From the IMG/VR virus record IMGVR_UViG_3300050143_000044, positions 1-56,641 of that record: a DNA stretch of 56,641 bases; one strand, given 5' to 3'. Below, in pieces: positions 1 to 10,076 of the stretch. The notes beneath the pieces are model-generated. The model worked only from the letters and a program-made list of their open reading frames with translations, was not told the DNA's origin and did not search any database. The stretch comes from a virus (lineage: Duplodnaviria > Caudoviricetes). The position numbers were made by a program, and so were the translations under genes. The number at the start of each line of letters is the position of its first letter. Within the stretch, counting starts at the first letter, position 1.

Positions 1-17
1 AGGTTCTGAAGGTAAAG

Positions 18-269
18 TCAATAGTTTTCTACAAAATCATAATGCACAACACCATTGATTTCACTCCTGAACATGCGCTTAAATTTTAGTCGTTTAACTT
101 TGAAATCAAGCTCAGTAGGTTTTACATCTGGGTCATGCACCAATTTAATTTCAGGTGCTTCGTGAACTTCAACTTCAATGATATCAAAATCTTTTTCATA
201 TCCAACCTGATGAACTCTTACTGTCATTGAAGAATCACCTGGAAAATTATGCAGATGAACAGTTTGCAT
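18..269 (-). CDS. hypothetical protein
   Basis: 83-aa ORF in a tightly packed minus-strand operon. Confidence 0.7.
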   Translation of the reverse strand: MQTVHLHNFPGDSSMTVRVHQVGYEKDFDIIEVEVHEAPEIKLVHDPDVKPTELDFKVKRLKFKRMFRSEINGVVHYDFVENY

Positions 270-433
270 TCAGTCTATTTCCTTTTCAAAATCTAAACCA
301 CGACGACGAAAGTACTCCAAGTCTCGTTTAATCTGAAGGTTAGAAGAATTGAAATCAAGTTCAGCTTCTTGATCTTTCTTGCCTTCGACATAACGAGTGA
401 CTTTGTTTCCTTGGATTAATAACAGGAGTGGCT

Positions 434-583
434 TCACACTACATGTACCTCTGTTCTGTCGTAATTGAATTCAAGTTCAGCAGGCAACCACCCGTGCCTT
501 ACATCGTAGTATTTCACAGGCTTATCCCCATGTCCTTGATCTTCAAGTTTCTGAAGTTCTTCTTTAAGTTCTGTTACTGTCAT
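434..583 (-). CDS. small hypothetical protein (MTVTELKEELQKL...)
   Basis: 49-aa ORF read by hand, GAGG RBS; N-terminus resembles neighbour 584..742. Confidence 0.65.
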   Translation of the reverse strand: MTVTELKEELQKLEDQGHGDKPVKYYDVRHGWLPAELEFNYDRTEVHVV

Positions 584-742
584 TTAATATACCTCAATAA
601 AGTATTCCGATTCATCTTTGTTTGAACTGATACAGAAATCAGCTAACTGATAAGTATCGTGACCTTCAATCTTTAAGAGATAGTCACTAAAACCTTTGTC
701 TGAAAGTTCTTGTAACTGCTCAATAGCTTCATTAACTGTCAT
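584..742 (-). CDS. small hypothetical protein (MTVNEAIEQLQEL...)
   Basis: 52-aa ORF read by hand, AAGGAA RBS. Confidence 0.65.
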   Translation of the reverse strand: MTVNEAIEQLQELSDKGFSDYLLKIEGHDTYQLADFCISSNKDESEYFIEVY

Positions 743-766
743 ATAGTTCCTTTCGTTTTGTTCTAT

Positions 767-1693
767 TCACTCAATGCAAAGCTTCTTAGCTTCAGCGATG
801 TAGTAATTATAGTCCAAATCCCAGCTAAAGTTCTTCATATCGTTACAGATTTTTACGTTCCACTCTTTATCAATCGACAACCTGCGATCAGCAGGATCAT
901 AGGACTTAGAACAGTCATCAGAACCGTGAGCTAAAGCTGGCACCAACTTCACAAGTTTACCAGAATTCTCAGGATCTGTACTAGGATAGTACCTGCAAAT
1001 GTTCTGTTGTTGTATTTCTGCACCACAGGCTTTCACCAGAACCAGCTTAGATGACCTTGGAACCTTGGTTCGTAGCATGAAGTCAAACTCATCCTTGTGG
1101 TTCATTACAAAGGCTTCTAGAGGGGTTCCGTGCACCATGTAAGCTTCAGCAGCTTTAGGGATGACCAAGGCTGACTGGTTCTGATGCCAACCAAGGTCTT
1201 CGTATTGATATGCACCTTTGCGTTTAACCTTACCGTTGGTTCCAACTGCGATATACGCATTGACGTTCTGAATGAACATCTTGGTGTAATCAACAAACTC
1301 AAGATTCAACTTAACTTGTTGTTCCCATTGTTTGCAGACTTCCGCGTACTCTTCTTCTTTTGAACGCAAGCAAGCTACTGTAACACCGTCGGTATTTGCT
1401 TGCACAACTTTCAGACCTTCAATCTGAAGAAGTTTATCAACCAAAAGACACAATGACAATTGACCGTTTACAGTAATAGACATTGTGAATTTAGGATCAT
1501 AGAAAACTGAATATTTGTCATTGGATTTACCATAGGTTCCATTCAGGGCTAGTTTCAGCATTGCATTCTCAGCAGAACCTTTAGGTTGGGCTTTACGTTG
1601 TTCGTACATATCTTTGTAGATATCGCAGAACTTTTCAGTAAGATGCTCAGGATAGATTCGATTACTGATTGCAATGTTGGGGTACATACTTGA
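767..1693 (-). CDS. family B-type DNA polymerase, exon 2
   Basis: Starts SSMYPN (second half of motif A); KLALNGTYGK (motif B); QANTDG (motif C). The ORF-track start at 1789 lies inside the intron. Confidence 0.92.
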   Translation of the reverse strand, partial: SSMYPNIAISNRIYPEHLTEKFCDIYKDMYEQRKAQPKGSAENAMLKLALNGTYGKSNDKYSVFYDPKFTMSITVNGQLSLCLLVDKLLQIEGLKVVQANTDGVTVACLRSKEEEYAEVCKQWEQQVKLNLEFVDYTKMFIQNVNAYIAVGTNGKVKRKGAYQYEDLGWHQNQSALVIPKAAEAYMVHGTPLEAFVMNHKDEFDFMLRTKVPRSSKLVLVKACGAEIQQQNICRYYPSTDPENSGKLVKLVPALAHGSDDCSKSYDPADRRLSIDKEWNVKICNDMKNFSWDLDYNYYIAEAKKLCIE

Positions 1694-1731
1694 CATAACC
1701 TTGTATCTTTCAATACAAGCCGGACTATATC

Positions 1732-2463
1732 TTAAACAAATTTCTTCCAAATAAATCCTCGGTAGGATTTCTTGTAGCCGTTCATACAATTGTAAATAGC
1801 AATTCTGAAGTAATCAGGATTTTCTTCTATCACTTCCAACATTGAATTCCATTCTCTTACGAGAACACCTTCTCTGGTGTATTGATAAATTTTAAAGATT
1901 GTTTTGGCTTTAGAAACATTCTTTCGCATTTGTTCTTTTATTTCCGGGTTGTTTTCCCAGAACTTCTTACTTGCTACAGAATGTTTTCTTCTTGTTTCTT
2001 CACTTGAATATCTTCCAGAACTATGTAAATGTTTTGCTATTTCAGAAGCTTTTACTTTCTGATCTTCACTCCATTTGTTACCATAGTTCGGATTATTTTC
2101 ACCAACATTGTTGACTCGAATAAGTTCTTTTGTTTCTTCTGAGACAATGCACTTTGTGCTTGTGTCTAGTCTGAGATTATAACCAAACCCTCGATCAACT
2201 GTGTTGTAGTACAACATCCAGTAAAGTTCTTTCTGAGCCAACAAAGGATCACTTACTTCTAACTCTTCAATGTATTCAAATTTAAAAGAATCTTCTCCGT
2301 GTGATTTGAAAGCATTGAATAAGTGACGATTGCAATCCTCTGATCTTTCTTTCCTTCTTAGTAAGGATAAATGAGAAGCCCATCTCTTTTCAATCTTGAC
2401 GGACTTTCCAATATATCGCTTTCCATTTGCTATATTTACTATTGCATAAATTCCACATGTCAT
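1732..2463 (-). CDS. intron-encoded GIY-YIG homing endonuclease with NUMOD-type C-terminus
   Basis: CGIYAI...RYIGKS, R, E and GYN motifs; GENNPNYG repeat; stop codon overlaps intron S element. Confidence 0.93.
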   Translation of the reverse strand: MTCGIYAIVNIANGKRYIGKSVKIEKRWASHLSLLRRKERSEDCNRHLFNAFKSHGEDSFKFEYIEELEVSDPLLAQKELYWMLYYNTVDRGFGYNLRLDTSTKCIVSEETKELIRVNNVGENNPNYGNKWSEDQKVKASEIAKHLHSSGRYSSEETRRKHSVASKKFWENNPEIKEQMRKNVSKAKTIFKIYQYTREGVLVREWNSMLEVIEENPDYFRIAIYNCMNGYKKSYRGFIWKKFV

Positions 2464-2494
2464 TTGTTCCCTCGCGCTTCGAATTTAATGTTCT

Positions 2495-2523
2495 ATTCTA
2501 TTAGGTTGTATCCTAATTGTCAA
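2495..2523 (-). promoter_or_regulatory. intron-internal sigma70 promoter for the endonuclease
   Basis: TTGACA-17 nt-TAGAAT, 32 nt upstream of the ATG. Confidence 0.7.
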
Positions 2524-2745
2524 TACTGGTTAAATCCTACTCTACTCACTTCCGCACTGCTTCATTACTGCGTGTTTTCGATAGTCTCTGAACCTTACTC
2601 ATTTTAAAGAGTCTTGGCTGCTGATTGTCCAATCTTTGTAATTTTCTGACATTCGCATTTACCGTTTCCGGTTGTGCTGTAGTTTACAAAGCTCTAAGGA
2701 GTTTCCAGCAATTCACGAGGTTTATAGACGCCTCAAGTTTCCTCA

Positions 2746-4002
2746 AACGTCTGCATCACGAATAAAATACTTACTCGTTTCTTTTACTACTTTATTCAAT
2801 AAGCTACCATGAATACCACCTACACCAAAGTCATACCTGAAACCTTCTACAACTACATTCAGTGTTTCGGCTTCGTTCCAACAACCCCAATAGGATTTCT
2901 TTGGTACACGGACTTTCTTTACCTTCACCCTACCTTTAGCGTCAACTGTATTTTCAGTAACGTGGTTACCTTCTTCATCAAACAAGTATTCGGTAGCTTT
3001 CAGTTCTTCTTCTTCAACCCAACCCAAAGGGTAATCCTTCTTGAACTTCTTGATTTCTAGATCAGAAGGTTTAGTTTTGAACTTAGTCTTCTTGACTTGC
3101 ATTTCTGCGTACTGAGCTACAGCACCAAGTCGGTGTTCTTCAATGTCACTGAATACACCTTTGGTTTCTGTAATGATCTGAGAATCAAACCATTCTTTAA
3201 CTGCAATGAATTCCGGTCGAGTGAAATCGTAATAATCAAACAAGCATTCACTTAGATCAATTTCAGGTCTAGGTGTTTGGTTCATTACTTTCTTACCATT
3301 CTTGTACTTGTACAACGGAATACTGGCTTCTTCTAGTTTCATGACAAAGTAATCCGCACCGATCTTTGTGTCATCATGATTCATGAAATTACGGTTGTAC
3401 TTGGCTGAAAGTTGCTTTCTGAACTGAACCTGGGACTTGCTTGCTTTTAGGAATACAAGAGTCATCCGTACATCATGCAAGTTGTATTCCTTGAGCTTCT
3501 TGATTTGCTCAGAGTCAAGGTAAGAACCTACAGCATAAGGTAAGTCTTCGATATTCTGCTCTCGCATGTTGAACTCAAGCATTTTCAGGCTTGTAGCTTT
3601 TGCTTTGTTATTGAAGTGCCAGATTCGGTACAAGTCAATCTGAGGGACTAACCTATCATCGGTCTTAACCGAAGAACCAAAACCATCCTTGAACGAATCA
3701 ATCTGTTCCTGTGCATATTTCCAAACCTTATCAGCAATAGCTTTACCTGTCTGTACTTTGCATTCGGTCAAGAGTCGATGAATAACAGGGTAGTCAAACC
3801 CCAAGGAATTGAAACCAACCATATCATGACCTTGTTCTTTGATGTAATCAATACAGGCTTCGATTCGGTTAATTTCATTGGCTTGGAATGAAACCTCAAA
3901 GACTTTCTCGTGCTTTCCATCTGCTCGGGTAATAGCGAACAGAAAACAGTTAGGGTAAGTTTCAATGTCCCAAACCCACAGTTTATCTAATTCAAGTTCC
4001 AT
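2746..4002 (-). CDS. family B-type DNA polymerase, exon 1 (3'-5' exonuclease and N-terminal polymerase region)
   Basis: ExoI WDIETY, ExoII GFNSLGFD, ExoIII YNLHD; ends GGIHG...DADV at the 5' splice site. Confidence 0.92.
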
Positions 4003-4019
4003 TCAAAGTTCCTTATAAG

Positions 4020-5756
4020 TTAATTAACATCACCATTCAACCATGCGTCAAGATCATGCAATCGGTGAGTCTTGTTGCAGTAGTACATTGAACCGGCGTT
4101 ACCTGTTACACCTGTAGCTCGGTTCTTACTCAAGACAACATGCGTTGTATTTCGGATTGTATCATCTTCTGCGTACTTGTCACGTTGCATCATTGCAACC
4201 CAACTTGCTGATTTGATGATTGAACCACTGCCGAAGATAGCTTCTTCAGGGATAAACGAACCTGAGCTTGCTGAATCTTTATTAGTGCTACTCTTTCGGA
4301 TGTGAGCAATCAAGATAAAAGTTACGTTGTAGTTCTTTACCATTGACTTCAACCATTTCATGAAAGCTGCTTGTTCTTCATTAGGTAGCCCCTCGAATAA
4401 ATCGCTAACAGGGTCACAGATAATCACCTTAACCCCGCAAGAAATAATCATTTCTTCAATCTTGTCTTGTAGAACTTCAATGCTACCATCTCGTTCATCA
4501 ATAACCATGAAACGGTCTGAACCATCTTCTGTTTTGAATAACTCATCAGCTTTCTGTTTGACTTCTTCAGAGGAAACATAAGCTAACTTGTCATCCGTGT
4601 TTTTGATATTAGCAATCTTATTCTGAATGTGCCGACTGAGCATTGCTTGTGCATATTGACCGCAAGTTAATTCCAGCGAAACTACACCAATCTTGTGAGG
4701 TGAATTGAATAACCAGTAATACAAGCATTCATTGATTACTGTAGTCTTGGCTGCACCTGTACCTGCTGCTAGGACACCAATGGAACCTAGTTCTACACCG
4801 CCCAGCATTTCATCTAATTTAGTCAAGAAAGGAGGTAGAGGGATCTTTGCGATACCAATGGACTGCAAGAGCTTTTCATACAACTGAGAGCTACCTACTA
4901 CACCAGCAGGCACATAGGTTTCAGCGTTGTAGAAGTCAGAAATGAAAGCTCGTTGTTCGCCTTTCTCAAGGTATTCATTAGGGTCTTTATAGCGAAGTTT
5001 CATAAGCTTTACCTTACCCTTTGGTAGAACACCTAGAACCTTTTCTGCTGCTGCTTGCCCTGCTTTGTCGTTATCAAAGGCAAGGATGATGTTATCAAAC
5101 GAATCAAAGAACTTATATTGACTAGCAATTTGCTTTGTTGAATTAGCACCTACAGTTGGGCTTACCACTGCTGTTTCAAAGTCAGAACCTTTGCTACTGT
5201 TGTATTCCTTGAACATCTGATACGCGCTGAGGGAATCCACTTCACCTTCAACCAACAGAAGATACTTACCGCCTCGATTGAATTTAAACTGCATGAACAG
5301 TTCGCAATCAGATCCGGTACGACCTACGCTTCGGAATGTCTTAGGTAGTTCACGAATCTTATAACCTGTCAGTTGCCCTTCTTGGGTGCAAGGGTAGTAT
5401 TGATCTGTAAGATTATCTTCATCATCGTAGAAGTGCCTTACACCAAAATACTTGTAGGTTTCATCCTTGATACCTCGATAATCAGAACCAGATACAATGG
5501 AAAGTTCCTTAACTAAATCGCGTTCTTCCTGAGTAATAATAGGTTTTGTTTTCTCTGCTTTTTCAATCTTGTCAGCTACCATAACTTTTTCCTTTTGTCT
5601 GGTTCGATTATTCTTTGGTTTGTTCTCTTCAATATACTCTTTACTTGGTACTGTAAAAGAACAAACGAAGCAGTGCAGTGACCCATCATCATAGACAGCG
5701 CACCCATCACTACTTCCGCAATTATCACAGCTTTTGTGATACTTATAATTTGCCAT
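4020..5756 (-). CDS. T7 gp4-like primase-helicase
   Basis: N-terminal CxxC...CxxC Zn finger, TOPRIM (EGEVD, FDNDKAG, KDPNEYL), SF4 helicase (Walker A-like GTGAAKTT, IAHIRK, KNR). Confidence 0.93.
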   Translation of the reverse strand: MANYKYHKSCDNCGSSDGCAVYDDGSLHCFVCSFTVPSKEYIEENKPKNNRTRQKEKVMVADKIEKAEKTKPIITQEERDLVKELSIVSGSDYRGIKDETYKYFGVRHFYDDEDNLTDQYYPCTQEGQLTGYKIRELPKTFRSVGRTGSDCELFMQFKFNRGGKYLLLVEGEVDSLSAYQMFKEYNSSKGSDFETAVVSPTVGANSTKQIASQYKFFDSFDNIILAFDNDKAGQAAAEKVLGVLPKGKVKLMKLRYKDPNEYLEKGEQRAFISDFYNAETYVPAGVVGSSQLYEKLLQSIGIAKIPLPPFLTKLDEMLGGVELGSIGVLAAGTGAAKTTVINECLYYWLFNSPHKIGVVSLELTCGQYAQAMLSRHIQNKIANIKNTDDKLAYVSSEEVKQKADELFKTEDGSDRFMVIDERDGSIEVLQDKIEEMIISCGVKVIICDPVSDLFEGLPNEEQAAFMKWLKSMVKNYNVTFILIAHIRKSSTNKDSASSGSFIPEEAIFGSGSIIKSASWVAMMQRDKYAEDDTIRNTTHVVLSKNRATGVTGNAGSMYYCNKTHRLHDLDAWLNGDVN

Positions 5757-5768
5757 CTAGATCCTTAA

Positions 5769-6038
5769 TTAACCAAAAGAACCTTCAGTAGTTACAGAAT
5801 TGAAATGCTTGCCACAAATAGTGCATTCATCCCAGGTTGTACTGCTGGATCTATAATCATATCCTCCGCTAGAATAATGCTCTTTCTGAACAAGCATCGG
5901 GTGATGACAATCAGCTTTGATCTTCTTATCAATTGCAAGAATTTCATCTTCAAGTTGCTTCTTTTGATAAGTTAAAGCTGTTCGTTCTTCAACTAGATTC
6001 AGGAGATTTGCATTCTTCTTACTATCTGATTTAATCAT
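5769..6038 (-). CDS. hypothetical protein, putative Zn-binding
   Basis: ORF with CHH...CxxC. Confidence 0.7.
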   Translation of the reverse strand: MIKSDSKKNANLLNLVEERTALTYQKKQLEDEILAIDKKIKADCHHPMLVQKEHYSSGGYDYRSSSTTWDECTICGKHFNSVTTEGSFG

Positions 6039-6339
6039 CTTCTGATTCCTCTAATTCTTCTTCAATATAATCAAAAGGATTAATGCCTGAAATCCCACCA
6101 ATACCGAATAGGTCAATAGCTTTCTGGTGCTTTGATTCAGCGTCAGGTTGACCAGAAAAGTAATCCTTAAACATTTCTGCTTTAAGGCGGAATGAAACAT
6201 CAGAATGCTTACCCAGGACTTCACCTAGGTAAACAAACTTACCAATTGAACCCTTGACAGATTGCTCAAGAGCAATGAATAAACCACTGATTTCTCCACA
6301 GCGGCCACAGTCTACATAGAATGAATATAGTTTGAACAT
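6031..6339 (-). CDS. conserved phage hypothetical protein
   Basis: ORF with RBS; DCGR..G...GEVLGKHS pattern. Confidence 0.7.
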   Translation of the reverse strand: MFKLYSFYVDCGRCGEISGLFIALEQSVKGSIGKFVYLGEVLGKHSDVSFRLKAEMFKDYFSGQPDAESKHQKAIDLFGIGGISGINPFDYIEEELEESEDD

Positions 6340-6352
6340 TTGTTTTCCTTTA

Positions 6353-7258
6353 TTAGTTACTCATATCATCAGGGCTTCGGATTGCACAGAAAGTCGGAAA
6401 CCTTGGTGTATCACCTTGCATCCCTACTTCAAAATACTTCACCTTAGCTAACTGGCCAAGTAGACTTTCTCGCTGATCCCAGAGGCTCTTTCGGGTAGCA
6501 TCATCAAAACCTGTACCTACACCAAAGATTGTACCTGAAGCTGTTTTGCAAAGCAATGCCCCAAGTGTATCCAAAGCTACAAGACCTTCCTTGGAAGTGC
6601 TACGAGAAGTCCTGCCTAGCTCATTGATTACAGCTTCGTTTGCGTTGTGGTACTTAGGTTCAAAACCTACGATCTCAAATTCAGAATCAACGAATAGCTT
6701 GCGCTTTAGAAGCTGCTGAGATTTAACTGTACTGCGACCGAACTTGTACTTACCGTCTAAGGACTTCAGCATTGTTCCTTCGAAACCTTGTTCAAGAGCA
6801 TCCTTTTCAAATGCTTCAAGCTGTTTGGGGTTTTCAATACGAACCTGAGTTACACCCCAAACTTCCTTTGGTAGTTCATCCTTGATTTGTTTCTGTAACA
6901 GATCCTGATAACGCTCAAAGGCTGTCTTATCAGTATCAACAACATCAAAAGCAAAGAAGGTAAAATCCTGAACCTTGTCAATTGACATTACAACCGAAGT
7001 AGTCTTACTGAAGACCAAAGGATCTGTTTCAGAACCTACAATAAACTCCCCGTCAAGGCCTTCTAGAGCCTCTTGGTTGAGCTTGCACCATTGTTGGATA
7101 TGCAGGTTAGGTAGGGGCTTCAGAGAACGACTGTAGGCGATTCCGCCGAAGATGCACCCTCTAAGGCCGTCTAATTTTACAGACGCCATTACTGGAAATT
7201 TCACCTGAGAGGTTTCAGCGGAAACTGCTAACATGGGTTTGAAATTATCTGGTTTCAT
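6353..7258 (-). CDS. lig: ATP-dependent DNA ligase
   Basis: KLDG adenylation motif, LDGE, FDV, EGTMLK, KYKFGRST, C-terminal PRFP. Confidence 0.93.
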   Translation of the reverse strand: MKPDNFKPMLAVSAETSQVKFPVMASVKLDGLRGCIFGGIAYSRSLKPLPNLHIQQWCKLNQEALEGLDGEFIVGSETDPLVFSKTTSVVMSIDKVQDFTFFAFDVVDTDKTAFERYQDLLQKQIKDELPKEVWGVTQVRIENPKQLEAFEKDALEQGFEGTMLKSLDGKYKFGRSTVKSQQLLKRKLFVDSEFEIVGFEPKYHNANEAVINELGRTSRSTSKEGLVALDTLGALLCKTASGTIFGVGTGFDDATRKSLWDQRESLLGQLAKVKYFEVGMQGDTPRFPTFCAIRSPDDMSN

Positions 7259-7266
7259 ATTATCCT

Positions 7267-7662
7267 TTAAAATATAATGTCGTCATCAAACATGTCACTG
7301 TACTCTTGTTTCTTCAAAGCTTTGTACTCTGAATCCAAAACAATAGCTAATTTCAAATCTCCTTCAGTTGAAGGTGACTGCTTGTCAGCCCAATTCATAA
7401 CTTGCATATAGTCCCTGAAGTCAGTAATTTCTTCTGTGTAATTGAACGGAACAATTACGTAATACTCTTCTGGTTTATTTCTTGGATATTCTGAAACAGG
7501 TAAACTGTCTGAGTTTTCACGCCAACCCCAACAGAGAACCATGTCTTCTGTACTTTCGTAATCCCAACCTCCATTGATTACTCTACCTGTCTTTACTGAT
7601 AAGCCATGGTGAAATTCTACATCATCGAGGTAAAGGTTATAAGGGTAAAGAACTACTTTCAT
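7267..7662 (-). CDS. hypothetical protein
   Basis: ORF; ATG at 7662 with AGGGG RBS preferred. Confidence 0.65.
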   Translation of the reverse strand: MKVVLYPYNLYLDDVEFHHGLSVKTGRVINGGWDYESTEDMVLCWGWRENSDSLPVSEYPRNKPEEYYVIVPFNYTEEITDFRDYMQVMNWADKQSPSTEGDLKLAIVLDSEYKALKKQEYSDMFDDDIIF

Positions 7663-7663
7663 C

Positions 7664-7879
7664 TTAACCCCTGAATTGCTCAAGCTGAGGATACTTCTTA
7701 AACAACTCTTCTTGTTGTTCCCGTAAAGCATAAAAGCAAAACACCTTCACCATAGCCTGAATCATATCTTGTCCATATTGACTGAAATTATCAGAATCTC
7801 TTTTCATTGCGTTATCAATATGCCATTGCATTTCTTGAATGACAATCTTATCTTCAAATTCTAGTTCGTTTGAGTTCAT
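7664..7879 (-). CDS. hypothetical protein
   Basis: ORF with RBS. Confidence 0.65.
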   Translation of the reverse strand: MNSNELEFEDKIVIQEMQWHIDNAMKRDSDNFSQYGQDMIQAMVKVFCFYALREQQEELFKKYPQLEQFRG

Positions 7880-7880
7880 G

Positions 7881-8144
7881 TTAATTTCCTTTATAATAAA
7901 TAGAGAACACAGCTTCGCAAGCAGGACAATGAAAAGCCTTGAACTTGGTTTCTTTGTAGAAATCCAAGAAAGGTTTCAATAAAGCTTGATCCAAGACACG
8001 ATCTGTATTTTCATTCTTGCAGTAAATGCATATTTCATTAGGATCACGCAAAGGGTGAGTCCTACCAAAAGTAGAAGTAAAATTACTTGGATCTTTCCAA
8101 GGAAAAGCTGTTCTACCTATTTCAGAGTGAGTTAATTGTTTCAT
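7881..8144 (-). CDS. hypothetical Zn-ribbon protein
   Basis: two CxxC pairs. Confidence 0.65.
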   Translation of the reverse strand: MKQLTHSEIGRTAFPWKDPSNFTSTFGRTHPLRDPNEICIYCKNENTDRVLDQALLKPFLDFYKETKFKAFHCPACEAVFSIYYKGN

Positions 8145-8301
8145 GATTTATTAAATACACTCAAGATACAATTGATACCTTGAATGAATGTATGCTGCTC
8201 TACGGGGTTCAATTCATTCCAACTTCGGGTATCACCGAATTGCAACTTGATCTTGTCCCAGAATAATTCTACTTGACTTTGTTGGTTCATACCAGTTTCC
8301 T

Positions 8302-8574
8302 TTAAGATACATAGTATTCTGAATCGTAATCATATTCACCAAGACCCTCAGAGGTATCATGATCAACCGTAGTATAACCCAGATGATTTAGGATTTCTTC
8401 CATAAGTTCAGCTTCTGACCAATCATTACCCCCAAGGCAATGAGCTTGAGGTTCAAGGGTAAAACTAGAACCATCTGGGAAGGTTACTTCATAACCAGTA
8501 GCCCAGGAAGTACCGCAGGTGTCGCAGTCATACTCATCTGACAGAGGTTCGATTTTGATGTGTTTTAGATTCAT
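8302..8574 (-). CDS. hypothetical protein
   Basis: ORF with AGGAG RBS; CDTCG. Confidence 0.65.
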   Translation of the reverse strand: MNLKHIKIEPLSDEYDCDTCGTSWATGYEVTFPDGSSFTLEPQAHCLGGNDWSEAELMEEILNHLGYTTVDHDTSEGLGEYDYDSEYYVS

Positions 8575-8894
8575 TTGAAGCAATTCTCCTGTTTAAATAC
8601 AAAAGGTTTTAGTGAATCCAACTTTGTAAATGGTGTCACAGATTGAAGCTGATCCATATTGTCTTTCCAGAATTTACTCAGCTTAAAAGGTACTGCTTCA
8701 AGTAGAGGTTCACCAAAGATAGCACAAGGGATGATTGCAAGGAGTAGAACTAGTAGTGAAATAGGATTCCACCATCGAAATACTAGTCCGATTCCATCGC
8801 CGTCTTTGTGCAGACGGATGCATCCAAGGAGCCACAGTAGGTTTCCAGTAGCACTCAACTTATGGTATACGTGTGTTTTCTTATTTGTGTTCAT
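8571..8894 (-). CDS. hypothetical membrane protein
   Basis: hydrophobic segment; GGAGG RBS. Confidence 0.65.
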   Translation of the reverse strand: MNTNKKTHVYHKLSATGNLLWLLGCIRLHKDGDGIGLVFRWWNPISLLVLLLAIIPCAIFGEPLLEAVPFKLSKFWKDNMDQLQSVTPFTKLDSLKPFVFKQENCFK

Positions 8895-9303
8895 CAGGAT
8901 TTTCCCTCCTATTTTCTACGCGGTTGTTCCACTTCTCAATCAAAACAGAATCCTCTACAGATAATTGCATTACATGACCCGAGTATAATTCAGGATCAGT
9001 TGCAGATAGGATTTTCATGAGTTGTTTTTCTTCCCAACTAAACGAAGTTTCAACACCCCACCAATCCCAGAGATACTTGTCGTCTGAGTAATCCCTTAGA
9101 ACTTCCAGATCATCAGTATCCTTCGGTTTCCCAAACAGATTCCAGAAGTTCCTAAATTGAGGCTTCAGGCGATCTTCCTTGATAAAGGCTACCCAGGCAT
9201 CAACCTTCTCTTTTCGAAGCAACATGAGCAGTTCTAGAGCTTCCTTGCAGGAGTTGTGAACCCAGAGTTCACTTCGGGTAACGTAGCTTGTTGATTTACT
9301 CAT
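8881..9303 (-). CDS. hypothetical protein
   Basis: 140-aa ORF overlapping its neighbours. Confidence 0.7.
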   Translation of the reverse strand: MSKSTSYVTRSELWVHNSCKEALELLMLLRKEKVDAWVAFIKEDRLKPQFRNFWNLFGKPKDTDDLEVLRDYSDDKYLWDWWGVETSFSWEEKQLMKILSATDPELYSGHVMQLSVEDSVLIEKWNNRVENRRENPDEHK

Positions 9304-9757
9304 ATACCACCTTATACGTAGGTTCTTTTACTGAATACACATCAGGACAAGCCTTGATATTATCCCAATGCTCTGAAGCTTTTACATGCTCAGGGCCGAA
9401 TTGGTACTTCCACCAAACCATACCTGAATTCTTAACAAAACCATCAGAAACCTTCAGGACTTCTTCTGTTGCATCAATACCAAAGACTTCTGAAAGGTAA
9501 TTCACTTGTTCTTTGGTGAAGGTGATAACTTCTGTAGCTTTCACAACAGGTTCTTCTTTCTTGATCCAGATAATCGACTCATCTGAACAGTTACTGTGAG
9601 CCAATAATGATTCACATAAATTACGATCATGTTCAGCAATACAACCATCACAAGCATATGTATCTTCAACTGCAACGTACGTTACTCCATGAACTACACA
9701 ATTAGAGATTTCATCAACAGTGCAGACTTTACCATCAATTTCACAAGTATTATCCAT
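9296..9757 (-). CDS. hypothetical Cys-rich protein
   Basis: ORF; AAGGAA RBS before ATG 9757. Confidence 0.65.
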   Translation of the reverse strand: MDNTCEIDGKVCTVDEISNCVVHGVTYVAVEDTYACDGCIAEHDRNLCESLLAHSNCSDESIIWIKKEEPVVKATEVITFTKEQVNYLSEVFGIDATEEVLKVSDGFVKNSGMVWWKYQFGPEHVKASEHWDNIKACPDVYSVKEPTYKVVYE

Positions 9758-9767
9758 AGTATTTCCT

Positions 9768-10076
9768 TTAAGTAAATTCAACTTCTTTGATACCACAAGC
9801 CTTGATTGCGCTTTGACAGATCAAGCAAGGTTTTGCATTACCTAAGCTACCATCTTTAAGCACTCTGCTTACAAACATCTTGTAAGGCTTCTGGTGATCC
9901 CTTAGCTTAACTATAGCATGAACTTCGGCGTGCAAGAAGATTTTTTCAGGTAATCCTACTTTGTCTGCGTGCAACTTCTGCAAAGGGTTGGACTTGCAGT
10001 AAGAATTCCTACCAATGCTCAGGACTCTTCCTCGCTTGTCGTAGATGATAGCAGTAATGTCTTGTTTCTGTGCCAT
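9768..10076 (-). CDS. cytidine/deoxycytidylate deaminase-family protein
   Basis: HAE and PCxxC zinc-binding motifs. Confidence 0.85.
   Translation of the reverse strand: MAQKQDITAIIYDKRGRVLSIGRNSYCKSNPLQKLHADKVGLPEKIFLHAEVHAIVKLRDHQKPYKMFVSRVLKDGSLGNAKPCLICQSAIKACGIKEVEFT

Larger units (their letters stand above)
1694..2745 (-). mobile_element. group I self-splicing intron in the DNA polymerase gene
   Basis: P AATTGCTGGAAA (~2702-2713), Q AATCAGCAG, R GTTCAGAGACTA (2582-2593), S AAGATATAGTCC (1722-1733), P9 hairpin, terminal G at 1694; P1 GACGUU/GGCGUC and P10 ACUUGA/UCAAGU; splicing restores DADV|SSMYPN in frame. Confidence 0.93.

Noticed and set aside
1694-1789. ORF-track N-terminus MYERLQ... 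of the 767..1789 ORF
   Set aside because: This is intron and endonuclease sequence; the real exon begins at 1693
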